A stretch of DNA of 63,703 bases, the filler included, from Nemertoderma westbladi (Eukaryota; Animalia; Xenacoelomorpha): NCBI GenBank assembly GCA_032718475.1. It is 4 parts of 4 records of this genome, joined end to end, with 100 filler letters (N's around TTAATTAATTAA, not from the genome) between each part and the next. Parts side by side here need not be neighbours in the genome. Positions count along the whole stretch, not along the records: positions 1 to 24,073 come from JAUCBJ010005967.1; 3 more parts are not named here. One strand, given 5' to 3'. Under the pieces are notes generated by a model. That model made no database searches, was not told the DNA's origin, and saw only the letters and a program-made list of their open reading frames with translations. The translations under genes and the position numbers were made by a program. Shown in pieces: positions 1-12,406 of this stretch (the first letter of the stretch is position 1; each line of letters opens with the position of its first letter).

Positions 1-567
1 CGATAAGGAGTATTTCACTTTCGTTATTAAACTGTTGTTTGTCTGGACAACGGTATTGTTACATTTAGGCCTGACCTTTTAGACTGATTTCGTACAGGGG
101 GATCAGTTATTGTTACATTTAGGCACGACTTTTAGGCTGATTTCGACAGGGATGATCAGCATTGTTACACTAGGTCTGTTAACCACCTAGTTCGTATATA
201 AACCATATAAATCACACCGCGGCAAGTTACTGTATTTAGGACTGTCAGTGATAGTTAGGATTCGCTGCGCGGGGATTGTTTTCCCGTGAGTTTGGTCTGT
301 TACTGTAACTGTACATCTGCCTCACCGGTTAGAGGACAGGTATCCTTCTGTCTAGTACGTAGGCATTCGACCCGCTCACGTACATAGAATAGATACAAGG
401 CTCTGTTCCTCGCCAGTAGTAGTTTGTGTATTGTATCTGTTTGTTTAGATATCCTGGACTGGGATTTGTTGTCAGATACTGTACAAGCCCGTATACATTA
501 CTAGAGTCTCATAGTAAGATACATCGTTACTAGGATCTGGTAAGCGGTATACTACTGGACCCTTACA
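1..567. mobile_element. Probable LTR of an element inserted into the BEL/Pao pol (open at the window edge)
   Basis: Ends CCTTACA at 567, immediately before the BEL/Pao frame (IGQNAHEA) begins. Bases 2-278 are near-identical to 29687-29963. Confidence 0.55.
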
Positions 568-568
568 C

Positions 569-3500
569 ATCGGTCAAAATGCGCATGAAGCGCTCGAGAC
601 ATTGGAGAAACGGCCTGCTCAACCGCAACCACTACAAGCTTATGCGGGAAGAACTAGAGTGGGTTGGTACTTTACTGGCCCTTCCCGTAGAACTCTCATG
701 GAAAGATTACCGAAAGATCAGGTATATCAAGTAAGAGAATGGGAAGATGAGAGCAGTGAGTTAGACGATCCAACTGAGGGAACTCCATACTCCTCAGACA
801 ACGACGATATCCACCAACTCTTCGATGAGGAGAATACAATTGTTCTCCTTACGGAAAGCGAGACTTGGCAAAACCAAGTAAACCTATGTCAGCTCATTTG
901 TCCATCGGAACGAGATGACTATAACGACGAATTTAATGACGTCATTGAACGTTATAATGCCAAAACTCGGGATGAACATGCCGTAAGATTCTTTACTCAA
1001 GAGGCTGTACAGCCCAATTCCTACGATAAGGCCCTATTGGTAGAAGAAGAACAGGCCAAGCAGATCCAAGAGACAACTACACGTTTTCTTAAAGATCAAG
1101 GTAGATATGAAATCGGTCTACCTTTCCGAAAGCGAGAACCAAAGTTCATTAACAACAGACCCTTGGCGGAAAAAAGAATTGCTCAACTACATCGACGCCT
1201 TACGGCAAATTCTTCAGCTAAAGAAATGTATCAAACGCAGTTGAAGAAATTTATTAGCAAGGGATATGCGGAGCGAGTACCGGAAGAAACACCTATAACT
1301 GAGAGAACGTATTATTTAACTCACCATTACGTTCCCAAACCCGGTAAACCTCATGAGGTACCCAAAGAGGTGAGGTCTCTATAGGGGTGCCTCAAACAGG
1401 CGGCGGCAGACTCGTGAGGGTCTGGGGACACGTTAAATTGAGGTTATAGTGCTAGGGAGTTACTTAAGGCCCTCGTGTCTTACGAACCATGAATCAACAT
1501 GGTGCCGTGGTACCGTCTAGTCGGCCTGTTGCCGTACTGTCAGTCCTGTACACAGTAGGGGTGGTGGCTTAGTGTGATCTGTGGTTTATGTGGTCTATGT
1601 GGTAGGTCTATGTTTGGTATGTATGAGTTGACCAGACTCTTTACTGTCTCCGATCGGTTGCCAAAACGTGTCTTTTCTCAGGGTAGCACTATTGGAATGG
1701 AGGTGTTGCATCGGAATGGACAGGTTCCCGATGATTCTGTTGGTACTACTATTGGAATGGAGGTGGCACCCGTAATATCGGCTGCAAGGAGGGGTTGGTG
1801 TTGTAGTGTGGTCCGAGTGAATGATACTCTGGAATCTGTGGTTTGTGTGTGTACGTGGTATACGTGAGTGTATGTATGGCGACTGTGAGTGGGTATGGGA
1901 ACCCTTACCGGTTGGTTCAGTCGCCGCTGGTTATTAGTAGGACCATATCTTTACTGCGCCCCAGCATACTTTGTGCACACAAAGTTATTTTGCCCTGACG
2001 GCAAAATAAGGTACTCTCGACTCTTTTATCAGTCGATACAATTTTGTCCCCTCTGATTTTGTCCCCGATTTGGTCTTTTCCGATTATGTCCTCTGTGTGT
2101 GCATGGTATGTGTCAGATTTTGTGTTTACCATTGTGTACTTGATTTGTGAACATCTGTTGAGTACACGTGTACAGTGACTGGTAAGTGGTTACTTGTTCC
2201 TAGCTTTCGAGCTAGTCAGTATTGCTTGCGGAACCGACTTCCCCTCAATACTGCCGGCGAGGCGGGTGAAAACGTGTCAATATTCCATGTTGGGTAGCGC
2301 AAGCCCACTTGGGACAAGACCGTCGGTTTGGCTCAAGGGCGACCTTGATGCTCGATCGCTATCGACTGGTCCACCCGCCGGTTGACTCTCTGAGTTGGCT
2401 CAATGTACAGTCAGGCCACAGTAAGTTGACAGTAGCCGACCATCTGGCTACACCGACGAGCTGTGCCAGTGTGATCGGGGGATTGAAAATTGAACCCGGG
2501 AAGCATCGGGCTACCCTCCGGCCCGGTCTGATAAAAACGGAGTCGGACTGGCCCCAAGGGTAGTGGGACAGCGTTCGCCTCGTGGGTGCACCTCGGGGAG
2601 GAGCCCAGAAGGACGCAAGCGACGAGTAGTGTTTGACGGCTCCGCCCTCTACATGGGCCAATCCCTTAATTCCGAATTGTTACCCGGACCCAACTTACTC
2701 CAATCCTTGTTGGGAATACTCTTAAGATTAAGACAATATGCAGTCGCTTTCGCCTCAGATATAGAAGGCATGTTCTTACAAGTCAAGGCACTGGATAGGG
2801 ATCGAGATAGCCTACGATTTCTGTGGTGGCCTGAAGGAGACCTCAACCAGAAACCAGTGGAGTACTGGATGACCATCCAGGCTTTTGGGATAATCTCAAG
2901 CCCTTCAAACGCCTGTTCAGTGGTGCGCACCACTGCGGATGACAACCGGGAAGCCTTCTCTAAAGAGGTGATCGACAATATCAAACGTGATATATACATG
3001 GACGATAATCTAAAGTCCCTTCCATCAGTCGAAGAAGCCATTGATGTCGCTAAAGGAACGGTAGAGTGCTTAAAAAGAGGTGGATTTCGATTAACTAAAT
3101 TCACCAGCAACTCCCGTGAGTTTCTGGAATCGATCCCGGTAGAAGATCGAGGAGCGAAGGACCTAGACCTAATCAAAGATGATCTTCCAGAAACCAAGAC
3201 ACTTGGTTTGAAATGGGACACAGAGAGAGATATCCTGTTTTTCCAGCTAAAACAGCGAGATAATCCAGTTCGGACTAAATGGATTTGTTTAAGTATCCTG
3301 AGCACTTATTTCGATCCATTGGGATTTATTAGCCCAGTTATATTGATTGCTCGGAGTTTAGTACAACAAATGTGGCTTGAAAATCACTCATGGGACGATC
3401 CACTTAAGGGAGAATTATTAAAGAAGTGGATGAAATGGGAAGATTCTTTACCAGCCATCGAGAACTTTATAATTTCCCGTTCATATTTTGGTCATGTTCT

Positions 3501-5873
3501 CCCTACGTATTCCTATCAACTCCATGTGTTTGGAGACGCCAGCGATATGGGAATAGGTATAGTAGCCTACCTAAGAGTGGAAACTCCGGATGGAATCAAA
3601 GTCGCCTTGGTTACCTCTAAGGCATTGATAAACAACAAGTTGAAAGTTCCTCGAGCGGAGTTAAAGGCGGCTCTATACGCTACAGCCATCGGCCGGAATG
3701 TAACAGAACAGATCGATTATCCATTGGAGAAAACTGTCTATTGGACCGACGCTTTACTCGTGTTGGAGTATATAACCAATGAAGTCTGTCAGTTCAGCGT
3801 CTTCGTTACCAACAGAGTAGCCATTATACTTAGTCGCACGACGATGGACCAATGGAGACATTGCCCCGGAACGATCAATCCAGCCGACATCGCCTCCAGG
3901 GGAGCAACTCCACAAGAACTGGTAGATACTGGTTAGGTGGACCCGACTTCCTGTACAAAGAAGAAGAAGAATGGCCTCCTCATCTTACTACAGCAGAGAT
4001 TAGACAGGCCAAGGGAGCGGAGAAAGTCAAACCTAAAACTCGGGCGAGTAAATCGAAGTTATTTAAACCTATGGTAGATCTGTCTGTATTACATACTTCC
4101 GGAGACGACATTTTGGATCAGAAACCCACAACCGTAAATAAGTATGTTGGGGAAATCCGTGAGAAGGATTGGAAATCTGGAATACCAGACGTCTCGCAAG
4201 GACTCTCACCTCTCCTGCAGAGAGCGATACATCACTACAGTTCCTGGAATCGGCTCTGTAAGGCCGTTACATATTTAAAACGATGCTTTCATCATCACTA
4301 CTCCGGGACGAAGACCAATAGTGATACCGCTCCACCGACATCGGTGCAGGTCCATGTTGTTAAAGATCTTCCCAAATATAAGATATCCGACAGGTTTCTG
4401 AAGGAAAAGATCAGTTATCAGGAGCATGAAGAAACCAACAAGCAGATGTTGAGACTCCTGCAATGCTATGAGGATTCCGATAAGTATTTCCTGTTGTTGA
4501 GAAATCCACAGATGCGCTTAAGGGATCGTTTCTCTAGCACAATGATAGATGGGTTGATACGTGTTGGAGGAAGATTAACGAATGCTCCATTATCCTTTGA
4601 CACTAAGTTTCCCATACTCATTAGAAATCTTGAAATACAAGTCAAGATGATTGTAGATGTTCACAGCAAACTTTATCATGCTGGTAGAGAAAGAGTTCTT
4701 AGCGAAATTTGAACTCGCTATTATTTCTATAAACCACGTAGAGCTCTGAACCAAGTTCTTAGGAACTGCATACCATGTAGGAAAGCATTCAGTAGGCCTT
4801 TAACACAGCGAGAGGCAGAATTACCTAGGGAACGAGTAAGCTTCTATGAACCACCCTTTACTAATACCGGTGTAGATTTATTTGGCCCTATTGAAGTGTA
4901 TCGTGCTAGGACTATAGTCAAGAGATGGTGTGTCATCTTTGTTTGTATGACTTGTAGAGCTATCCATCTCGATATGGTGAACGATTTGTCTACCAACAGC
5001 TTCCTATTAAGCTTACGACGACAGATCGCTCGCTTTGGAACTAGTAACACAATGAGATCTGATAAGGGAACGAACTTCATTGGTGCCAACAATGAAATCA
5101 AAGCTTACGTCAAAGATTGGAACCAAATACAGGTGGATGATCAGCTAAGGGTAACAGCGTCTAGCTGGACCTTCAACGCCGCCAACGCCCCTTGGTGGGG
5201 AGGAAGTTGGGAGAGATTGATTAGAAGTGTGAAGACCGCATTTCACTTTATATTGCCGTGCCGCGCGTATCTCACCGACGAACTTTTGCGGACGTTAATG
5301 GAGGAAATCGCCGCCTATCTCAACGAGAGACCGCTTATGCCAGTCTCATCGAGTCCTGATTCCCTGGAAGCGTTAACACCCACGCACTTCCTACTGAAGA
5401 AACCTGTAGCCATGCTCCCACAATCGGAAATCACAGACGGAGACGAATACTGCCGGCAAACTTGGCAACTTATGCAGTTGTTATCCTGTCGTTTCGCTGA
5501 CCATTTCGAAAAACATTATCTGCCCACGCTACAACTTCGAACTAAGTGGTTTGCGCAGCAAGAAAACGTCAGCGCTGGAGACATGGTCCTTATTGTAGAT
5601 CCAGATCTTCCACATAAGCGGTGGCAGACAGGTCGTATCATCGAGACTCACATCTCGGATGACGGTTTGGTGCAATCGGTAGAACTCGTCGTCATGCGAC
5701 GTAACTTCAAGAAACCGGGAATTGTCTTCGAGACACAGCAGCTCAATCGCCCAGTTGGTCGTTTATGTTTACTGGAAAGAGACAGAGAACTCTCCGGAAA
5801 CTATGGAAGACAAGATACTCTTCCCACGACCACCTCCCTAATCCAACAGACATCTAGGGACTCCCCAACTTAA
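569..5873 (+). pseudogene. BEL/Pao pol (protease-adjacent region, RT, RNase H/Pao A17, integrase, DUF5641-like end)
   Basis: Motifs TRVGW, YYLTHHYV, RVVFDGSA, DIEGMFLQV, YMDD, LHVFGDAS, NPADIASRG, HHCC zinc finger, GVDLFGP, SDKGTNF, GGSWERLIRSVK, RPVGRLCLL. Broken by an insertion at 1361-2622, a frameshift near 3930 and a TGA at 4710. Confidence 0.93.
1361..2622. other. Unidentified 1.26-kb insertion in BEL RT N-terminus
   Basis: Removing it restores GAG GTA|CGA GTA GTG TTT GAC = KPHEV-RVVFD. Confidence 0.8.
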
Positions 5874-6393
5874 CAACGGCTGGAGTGGGTGTGTGACTAT
5901 ATTTATATTTGTTTTTTATTATTCTATATTTATGTATGTATTATTATGTAATTTTATTATAATCGTTTTCTTTAATTTTATTTAGTAGAATGTTATTTTA
6001 GCGATTATTTAGTAGATTAGTGCAATATATTAGTGTTTATTACTTAATTACTTATATATTATATATTTATTGCAACGGCGAGAAATAATTATTTTTCTCT
6101 TTCCTTACTGTCCGTATTACATTACAAATACGTAACTACGGTAAGATGAAATGTCCGTACTTATTAAAGTACCATAAAGCTCCTACTATATTTAAGTATT
6201 ATTGGTAGGCAGAGTATTAGGAATGCAAAGTTCAGATCCTCGTGTCTCGGCTAAGCCAAGCTCTGGGTAGACCTTGGAAACGACTTGCCTCTTCACACTG
6301 ACATTGCTTCGTGCGATATTGCTCTCATACCGTATATTAAATAATACATATAGTAGCGTGATGTCCCTTTAACAGTAGCGTATAACGCAAAAT

Positions 6394-6729
6394 AAATCTG
6401 TTAAACCCTTTGACCATCTGTAATTCTAGTCGATTAAGATATCGCGGCACCCACCGATATACTTAAAAGACAAAATTCTAGAATCAGTGGTTAACGTCCC
6501 CAGACAAGTTCTGGAATAAACTGGTGCCCATCCTAAATATTAATTATTAATATTTACAAAATCTGTCAAATTTTAGATCCTTTGAAATTCTAGTCGATTA
6601 AGATATTAAGATATATAGCACTTACTGATACTCTTAAAAAAGACAAATTTCCTAGAATCAAGGATCACAGTCCCCAGATATGTTCTGGAAGAAAATTGTG
6701 TCTATTTAACATTAAATAATAAAATTTAC
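6394..6729. repeat. Diverged tandem duplication, unit ~165 bp
   Basis: AAATCTGT..ATTCTAGTCGATTAAGATAT..AAAAGACAAA..CTAGAATCA..GTCCCCAGA..GTTCTGGAA occurs twice. Confidence 0.75.
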
Positions 6730-7523
6730 GGGAATAAATTTAAATTCATATTTTAATGAATTCAATAAATTGTCGTTTTATACAATTTATAACATTCCCA
6801 AAATTCCTTTAATTAATAGATCATGGGAGCGGAGATTCACCCTATTAAGTGTATTAGTGTGCAAGAATCTCCAATATAGAGTCAATAGCCGATAAAATTC
6901 ATAAAATCATATGTAAAGATGATATTGACCATTAAAGACTTACTATTAAATAGCATCCCAGATCTGTATGCATGGGAATTACCCTAATTCTACCACTAGC
7001 TTTCCATAATGTCACCATAGCAACAACCACGCTAGAATTAGAAGCGAGTTAACAGAACAATAAAAAGCTTGCTCATTGAATAGCATACGGAATAAATAGC
7101 ACACTGTTAGTATCCAAGGATACATAATAATAACGTGACATTCTGGAAGGCACTTGACTAACGGACAAATGACCCGAATGTGTGATAGAATGTGTACCAT
7201 TTGTGACAGTTACGTGGAATTTGTGCGTTTGTAGGTGAATGTTACTACTAAGGTGTGTTTACAGTAGCGAGTCGCAATTGTGAAAGTAGCCCTAACTCTC
7301 CAGTAAGAACCTGAAGTAAATCTAAGCCTTTGGGACGGACGGTGGAGTGACTCGCGCTGGTTGTTGTGGTCGTTGTGCAGCTACGACGTTGGCGATAGGC
7401 ACATCGGCGAAAGTACACCAGCGCTGAGGATCTTGCACTGTCCGGGGGCCGAGAGGGGTAGGCAGCGACGCCCGCTAGCCTAAATATCAACTCATTATAA
7501 TATTGATAAACTCATATAGCAGC

Positions 7524-8890
7524 TATGACTCAGTTGATAGAAGATGATCTTGGTATCAGGGAGAAATATACTATACCGTTGCAGGCGTTGTTGATAGCTT
7601 GATATGCAGCGACGCTAGTCCAACTACTACGGAGGACGATGGTCGTTATATCGAACTGCCGATGTCCCAGGAGCAACTTACGCGTGAATTGGACTATCGA
7701 AAATTCACTGCTCGCTATACGCATTGTAATGGTACGTATATGGACTTCTTAACTACTGGCCATCCTATCGATTTATACGATACGGACGATATCGACACCG
7801 AAAGGGAAATGGTCCTATTTAAATATCATACCCAGCGGAGTCGGAACGATAAATTGAGAATCGAATGCGAAAATTCTATTCGAAATCAACTCGAAAGAGA
7901 AGACGTTAAAGAACCGGATAAACGCGGTAACTCCAACGTATATTTGGAATTCTTGAGAGAAACATTGTAAAACCGAATAAATATCACCCGCGTTTCTCCT
8001 ACAAGACGTGCGTCTTTGGTATTATTGCAATGAATGCCCAAGACCCAACCAACAAGCGGGAGGACATAAGCATCCGCGAGGAGACGTTGCTTTAAACACG
8101 GTTTTACTCGCTATATTTATGGGAGTTTTGAGCAAAACTTGTTCGATGTAACACCTACGCTCGCTCGACTCAAACGATCCTTAAATAAACCTATGATCAG
8201 AGTATCGGAATACTCGGTCAGACCTCCTCATTCCCTATTTAGACCTCATGACTCTTGATCCTAATAGTATCACGGATCCTCTCGAACTGTACTCACTGTT
8301 CAAAGATCTGGTGTTGCGTTACCCGAACAGTTAGTCGGTGGCACTCCGGTTGTGGGCTCCCTTAAATATTCACCCATCTTACTTAGTCGGATTGGGACGC
8401 AGACATCTAATATCGCCATTCAACCGTACCATCGTCCCTGTTTAACCCGATACAACCTGTCACCGAAGCGGAGGAAAGAGTTATACGAAATGCGTTGGAC
8501 ACTATTTGTCAAAAGATCTGAAAATGAACCTACCATTGTTTAGAGAAACGTAAATTGCAGTAGCAAGTCCAAGCGATAAACGAATTAACTTTATCTCAGT
8601 TCGATCAGGAAATTCAGAATCTCTAAGAGGATATCGAACTTGGACGACCCTATTCTCTGCAAGAGTTTTGGACGAACGCATCCAACGATAAGCGGAGGAA
8701 AATCAGCTCGAGGAGAAGCATATCGAAATGGGGAGACATCGACCGTAACCCTAAACCTTCTGATGCAATTGTATTGCACCCTTCACCCAGGAGTTACAGC
8801 CCTCATAGTAAAGTGGCTCGCCCCAAAGAGAAAAGGACTCTTGCTAGCCTCAAAAAACTGCGTAAACGCCGTCTGCGCAAGAAAAACTAA
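7524..8890 (+). pseudogene. Decayed accessory ORF in the 3' region of BEL/Pao #1, product unknown
   Basis: Protein-like frames interrupted by stops consistent with C>T changes. Has a coiled-coil-like stretch and ends KKLRKRRLRKKN*. Confidence 0.45.
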
Positions 8891-8968
8891 CTGTTTAGAG
8901 TATTTTTATATTTTAGAAACTGTGATTTTTTATATTTTATAGAATTAAATCCCATTTTCTGGGAGCGG

Positions 8969-9971
8969 TGTAAAAGCTTTTGCGGAATTGGCTGGTTATT
9001 TTCCCCATAAAGTACTCTGTAGTTGGTTTAACGGGCATAAAAAGCCGTTTCATTACTGTACTGGTGTTTTAGTGGACACAAAAAGCCATTTTATCTGTAT
9101 GTGTACTTTAGCGGACATAACTAGCAATTTTATGTCGCAATACGCTAAATCCTCTTGAAACAGTGTAGTTACTATGACGACAGCTAACAGCTGATCTGTA
9201 CACATGGAGCTTTTCTTTGTTCTCTGTCGTTTCTTTGTTCGGTCAACCAATCAGAGCGTTTTTTGACTCTGTGTTGGAGATTGTATACAGAAACTCATGC
9301 AATTGAGTCAGTATGTGTATTTTGTCCACAGCCAGAAGACCGGCTTTGGAATCTCTGTGTTTTCAGGCTTTAGCCCAACATTAGTAGGCTTAATTATAGA
9401 ACGTATATCTGTTATCAATGCTCACACGCAACATATCTCACTCATCTCAATCTATCATATCATAACAATTTATACCTTAACATTTATACAGCTATTGACT
9501 GCCGGTTATTCATTATATCGGTTGATGGAATATGATTATATTTGGAACATCGATAAATAATTACAAACCCCTCAATCTTCTTGATATACTGAAGGTAAGA
9601 GAGACCGGTTACATATAACGATTGCGACTTACATTAAAGTGGTTTTGAAGTGAATCTAATGCTATTTCATAGGCACTACAGGTATCAGTTGTTGTTCTCT
9701 TTATATGTGACTAAAATTAGTGAAGGTCGGCAGATCGGTGTGCAGTATTATGCAGTAGTGTGTATGATTGTGACTGATAACAAAGCATCTCCTAAAGAAT
9801 GCGCCATATACGTGAATCTATAGCCATCCCGTTGTGTCTAGTTTAAGTCATAGCTCTGCTTACATATTTAGAGCGCCACGTCCTAAAGGAACTGTTAATA
9901 TTTCCCGAAAGTGAATAATATTTGTCAGAGATTATATATTACGATCAGTCGAATAATACAGTAGGCTTACA
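8969..9971 (+). repeat. Putative 3' LTR of BEL/Pao #1
   Basis: Preceded by purine-rich GGGAGCGG; starts TGTAAAAGC and ends GCTTACA. No second copy in the window to confirm. Confidence 0.5.
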
Positions 9972-10286
9972 CCGCAATAAGATTAAGCTTCCGAATCCAA
10001 TCTCCCGGGTATATCCAGCGGGTGAATGGTCGCGCATAGACTGGCTTCGGCTAATGTAGTGTATCCAATACTCGTCATAGGCTAAAGTCGATTTATTATC
10101 TAGAAGACATCCTAATTTGGCAGGTTAAACTGCTAAAGGTCTGAAAGCGCGAACAGCAGCAAATCTGGAAAGTAGTGCGAAAGTAACCATTGTAAGCCAC
10201 AGGAAAATAGTAATAAATAGTAGAGCGCTGAAGGCGACCCTGACACCAGAGGGAGATGAGAAAAATTTCGAATTGGAGGAGTTATT

Positions 10287-11225
10287 TTGCGGAATGAAAG
10301 ATTACACATTACTTCTGTTGTGAAAAAAGATCAGTTAATTCGACAATTAGCTAAACGAGAGATTATTAAACCAGCCAAGAAGCGACAAAAAATAAAATAT
10401 GTCCGAGACAAATTCAGAGAAATGGGAAGGTTGCTCATTAAGTTGCAGAAGAATTCCACCACCAGATCTCCTTTGAAAGATTACTTGCGTCCAGAGCGAC
10501 TTCATGAAATAATATGCGCGACACGAGAAATAGCGGGCTACTGCAAAATAACGCAATTATTTAAGGTGCCTAGCGTCGCTCTTAAGATTGGTTACACAAT
10601 AAAAAAATGCGCTTCCCTGATGCAGGAAACTGCTATGGAGACACAAGATATAGATTCGGAGGAAAATTATCGAAAATCCGTGGAGTTGTGTGACAAGAAA
10701 TTGGGCTGTGAGATAAATGCACCTGCACATTATACATTGTCTGAAATCAAAATGAACAACCCTGAGGAATTTCCGACGGCAAAAGACGTTGTAAAAATGT
10801 CCGAACATTTAAAAAGAGGTATTTCACACAATCTAAATGAAGTCATAAGTAGCCAAGGGAAAAACAAAAAGGCATGGGAGGAAGCATACCATCAATGCTT
10901 GGCTAAAGTCATAATGTTCAACCGACACCGTGTATCCGAAGTGTCAGCCATGACAGAATTTAAAAGTTAGAATTTAAAAAAAGACAGAAAGCTTCGCTTG
11001 AGTCAGAATATCTTAATGACAAAATTAGCAATTTAGAAAGACATTTATGCAAACTATTTGAGTTAATAGAAGTAAGGGGTAAAAGGGGTTCTCCTATGCC
11101 AGTTTTATTAAGCAACCAAATGATAGAAAATATAAATACACTTGTAAAGTTCAGAGGGATTTGCGGGGTAATACCACAAAATACTTACTTGTTCCCACGG
11201 GCTAATTATGGAAGTTTGGAATATT
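10287..11225 (+). pseudogene. CryptonV-like tyrosine recombinase fragment
   Basis: REMGRLL, FKVPSVALKIGYTIKKC, IMFNRHRVSEV; after a frameshift near 10960, IEVRGKRGSPMPVLL and NTYLFPR. The C-terminal catalytic part is missing. Confidence 0.75.
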
Positions 11226-11389
11226 TAATAAAAGGTACTCTATAATTACCGCAATACACATCAAGCAAATATTATATACTGTATATACAAATACTACAAT
11301 TTTCGATTATTAAAAATTTGATTTTTCATAGTTAAGAAAATCAGAATTCTGTAAATAATCATAAAATATTTATAATATAATCGAAAAAG

Positions 11390-11827
11390 TCAAGAATCAA
11401 TGAGATTATCAACAAATTCAACATTATCTGTTGATTCTTCAGGCTCGACAAAGGATTCTTTTGAAATCAATACTATAAAGAAAGACATAATTTCGTAGGG
11501 ATTATGTCGATCTAGTTTTATTTCAAACTTTTCACCAGCTTCGTTGTATTGTCTAATAACAATTAACCCCTCTATCATTGATAATAGTAAGATGTTAATT
11601 AATTTTCCTCTATGATCATCTTTTAGGTTGTAATCTAAGAGATGAATGCTATTTTCAGAAGCTTCAATATCTATTGTACGTAAAAATTTCCTGGCTTTTT
11701 CAGAAAAAACGATTTTATATTTATCATCACCCTGACGGGAAATAGTATAATCAATAATAATATACGGCTCGCCATCTTCTGCAAAAAATGAATGTCTTAC
11801 TATTAGTATATCTATATCGGAAGACAT
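11390..11827 (-). CDS. Orphan intronless ORF, 145 aa, unknown function
   Basis: ATG-to-stop frame (MSSDIDILIV...) open in very AT-rich DNA, with globular-protein-like composition. Confidence 0.45.
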   Translation of the reverse strand: MSSDIDILIVRHSFFAEDGEPYIIIDYTISRQGDDKYKIVFSEKARKFLRTIDIEASENSIHLLDYNLKDDHRGKLINILLLSMIEGLIVIRQYNEAGEKFEIKLDRHNPYEIMSFFIVLISKESFVEPEESTDNVEFVDNLIDS

Positions 11828-12406
11828 TATTTTATTTATTTTATTGTAAATCAAACAAAGTAAAAACTTTTAAACTAAAACCATTATAAATGATTAATTG
11901 TAATTAAAGTAAGAGATTATATTAGATCTTTTCTACAGAAAGGATATTTGATGACACAAAAAGTAGGCGATCTAAATTTACTCTGTTAACCTGTACTATA
12001 CAGTACAGCCAATATAATTCCGGCATATACATTGTGGTTTAAGTTTTAGCCAATGAGACTCAAGCAAATCCAATTGTCAACAACGGGAACTTATGTACTG
12101 TAACACAAAACACACATGTTAATCACTGTGGTTTTAGTTGAAGGATCAGATTTTGCTTTTAGATGCTGTATATCCAAAATTTAGGATTTTTTGTTATTAT
12201 TAACATTGATTTTGTCTTTGTCTTAATATTACAAATATCCTGTCACACTCACCATAGTACAAGTGTGATGGAAATCCCAAATAAACTGGGATCAGTTTTA
12301 ATACAAGATGGTAGTGCAAAAATGGTTGTTCTAAACGACTGTAACAAGATAATTATTACCGAAGCTCCTACGTTTCTGGAAAACCTAGTAGTGATAGAAA
12401 GTTCAG

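Larger units (their letters stand above)
568..9971 (+). mobile_element. BEL/Pao LTR retrotransposon #1 (3' portion, decayed)
   Basis: Pol domains in the order RT-RNaseH-IN, a long 3' region, then purine tract GGGAGCGG and a TGTAA...TTACA-bounded block. The right boundary is inferred. Confidence 0.75.

Noticed and set aside
2649-3305. 218-aa minus ORF and similar ORFs opposite RT, ORF1 and VLIG frames
   Set aside because: Shadow frames of real coding sequence; no motifs.
5881-5900. GGAGTGGGTG followed by TGTGAC as the 3' LTR start of BEL #1
   Set aside because: No matching inverted end found; 8969-9971 has better termini. Not fully excluded.
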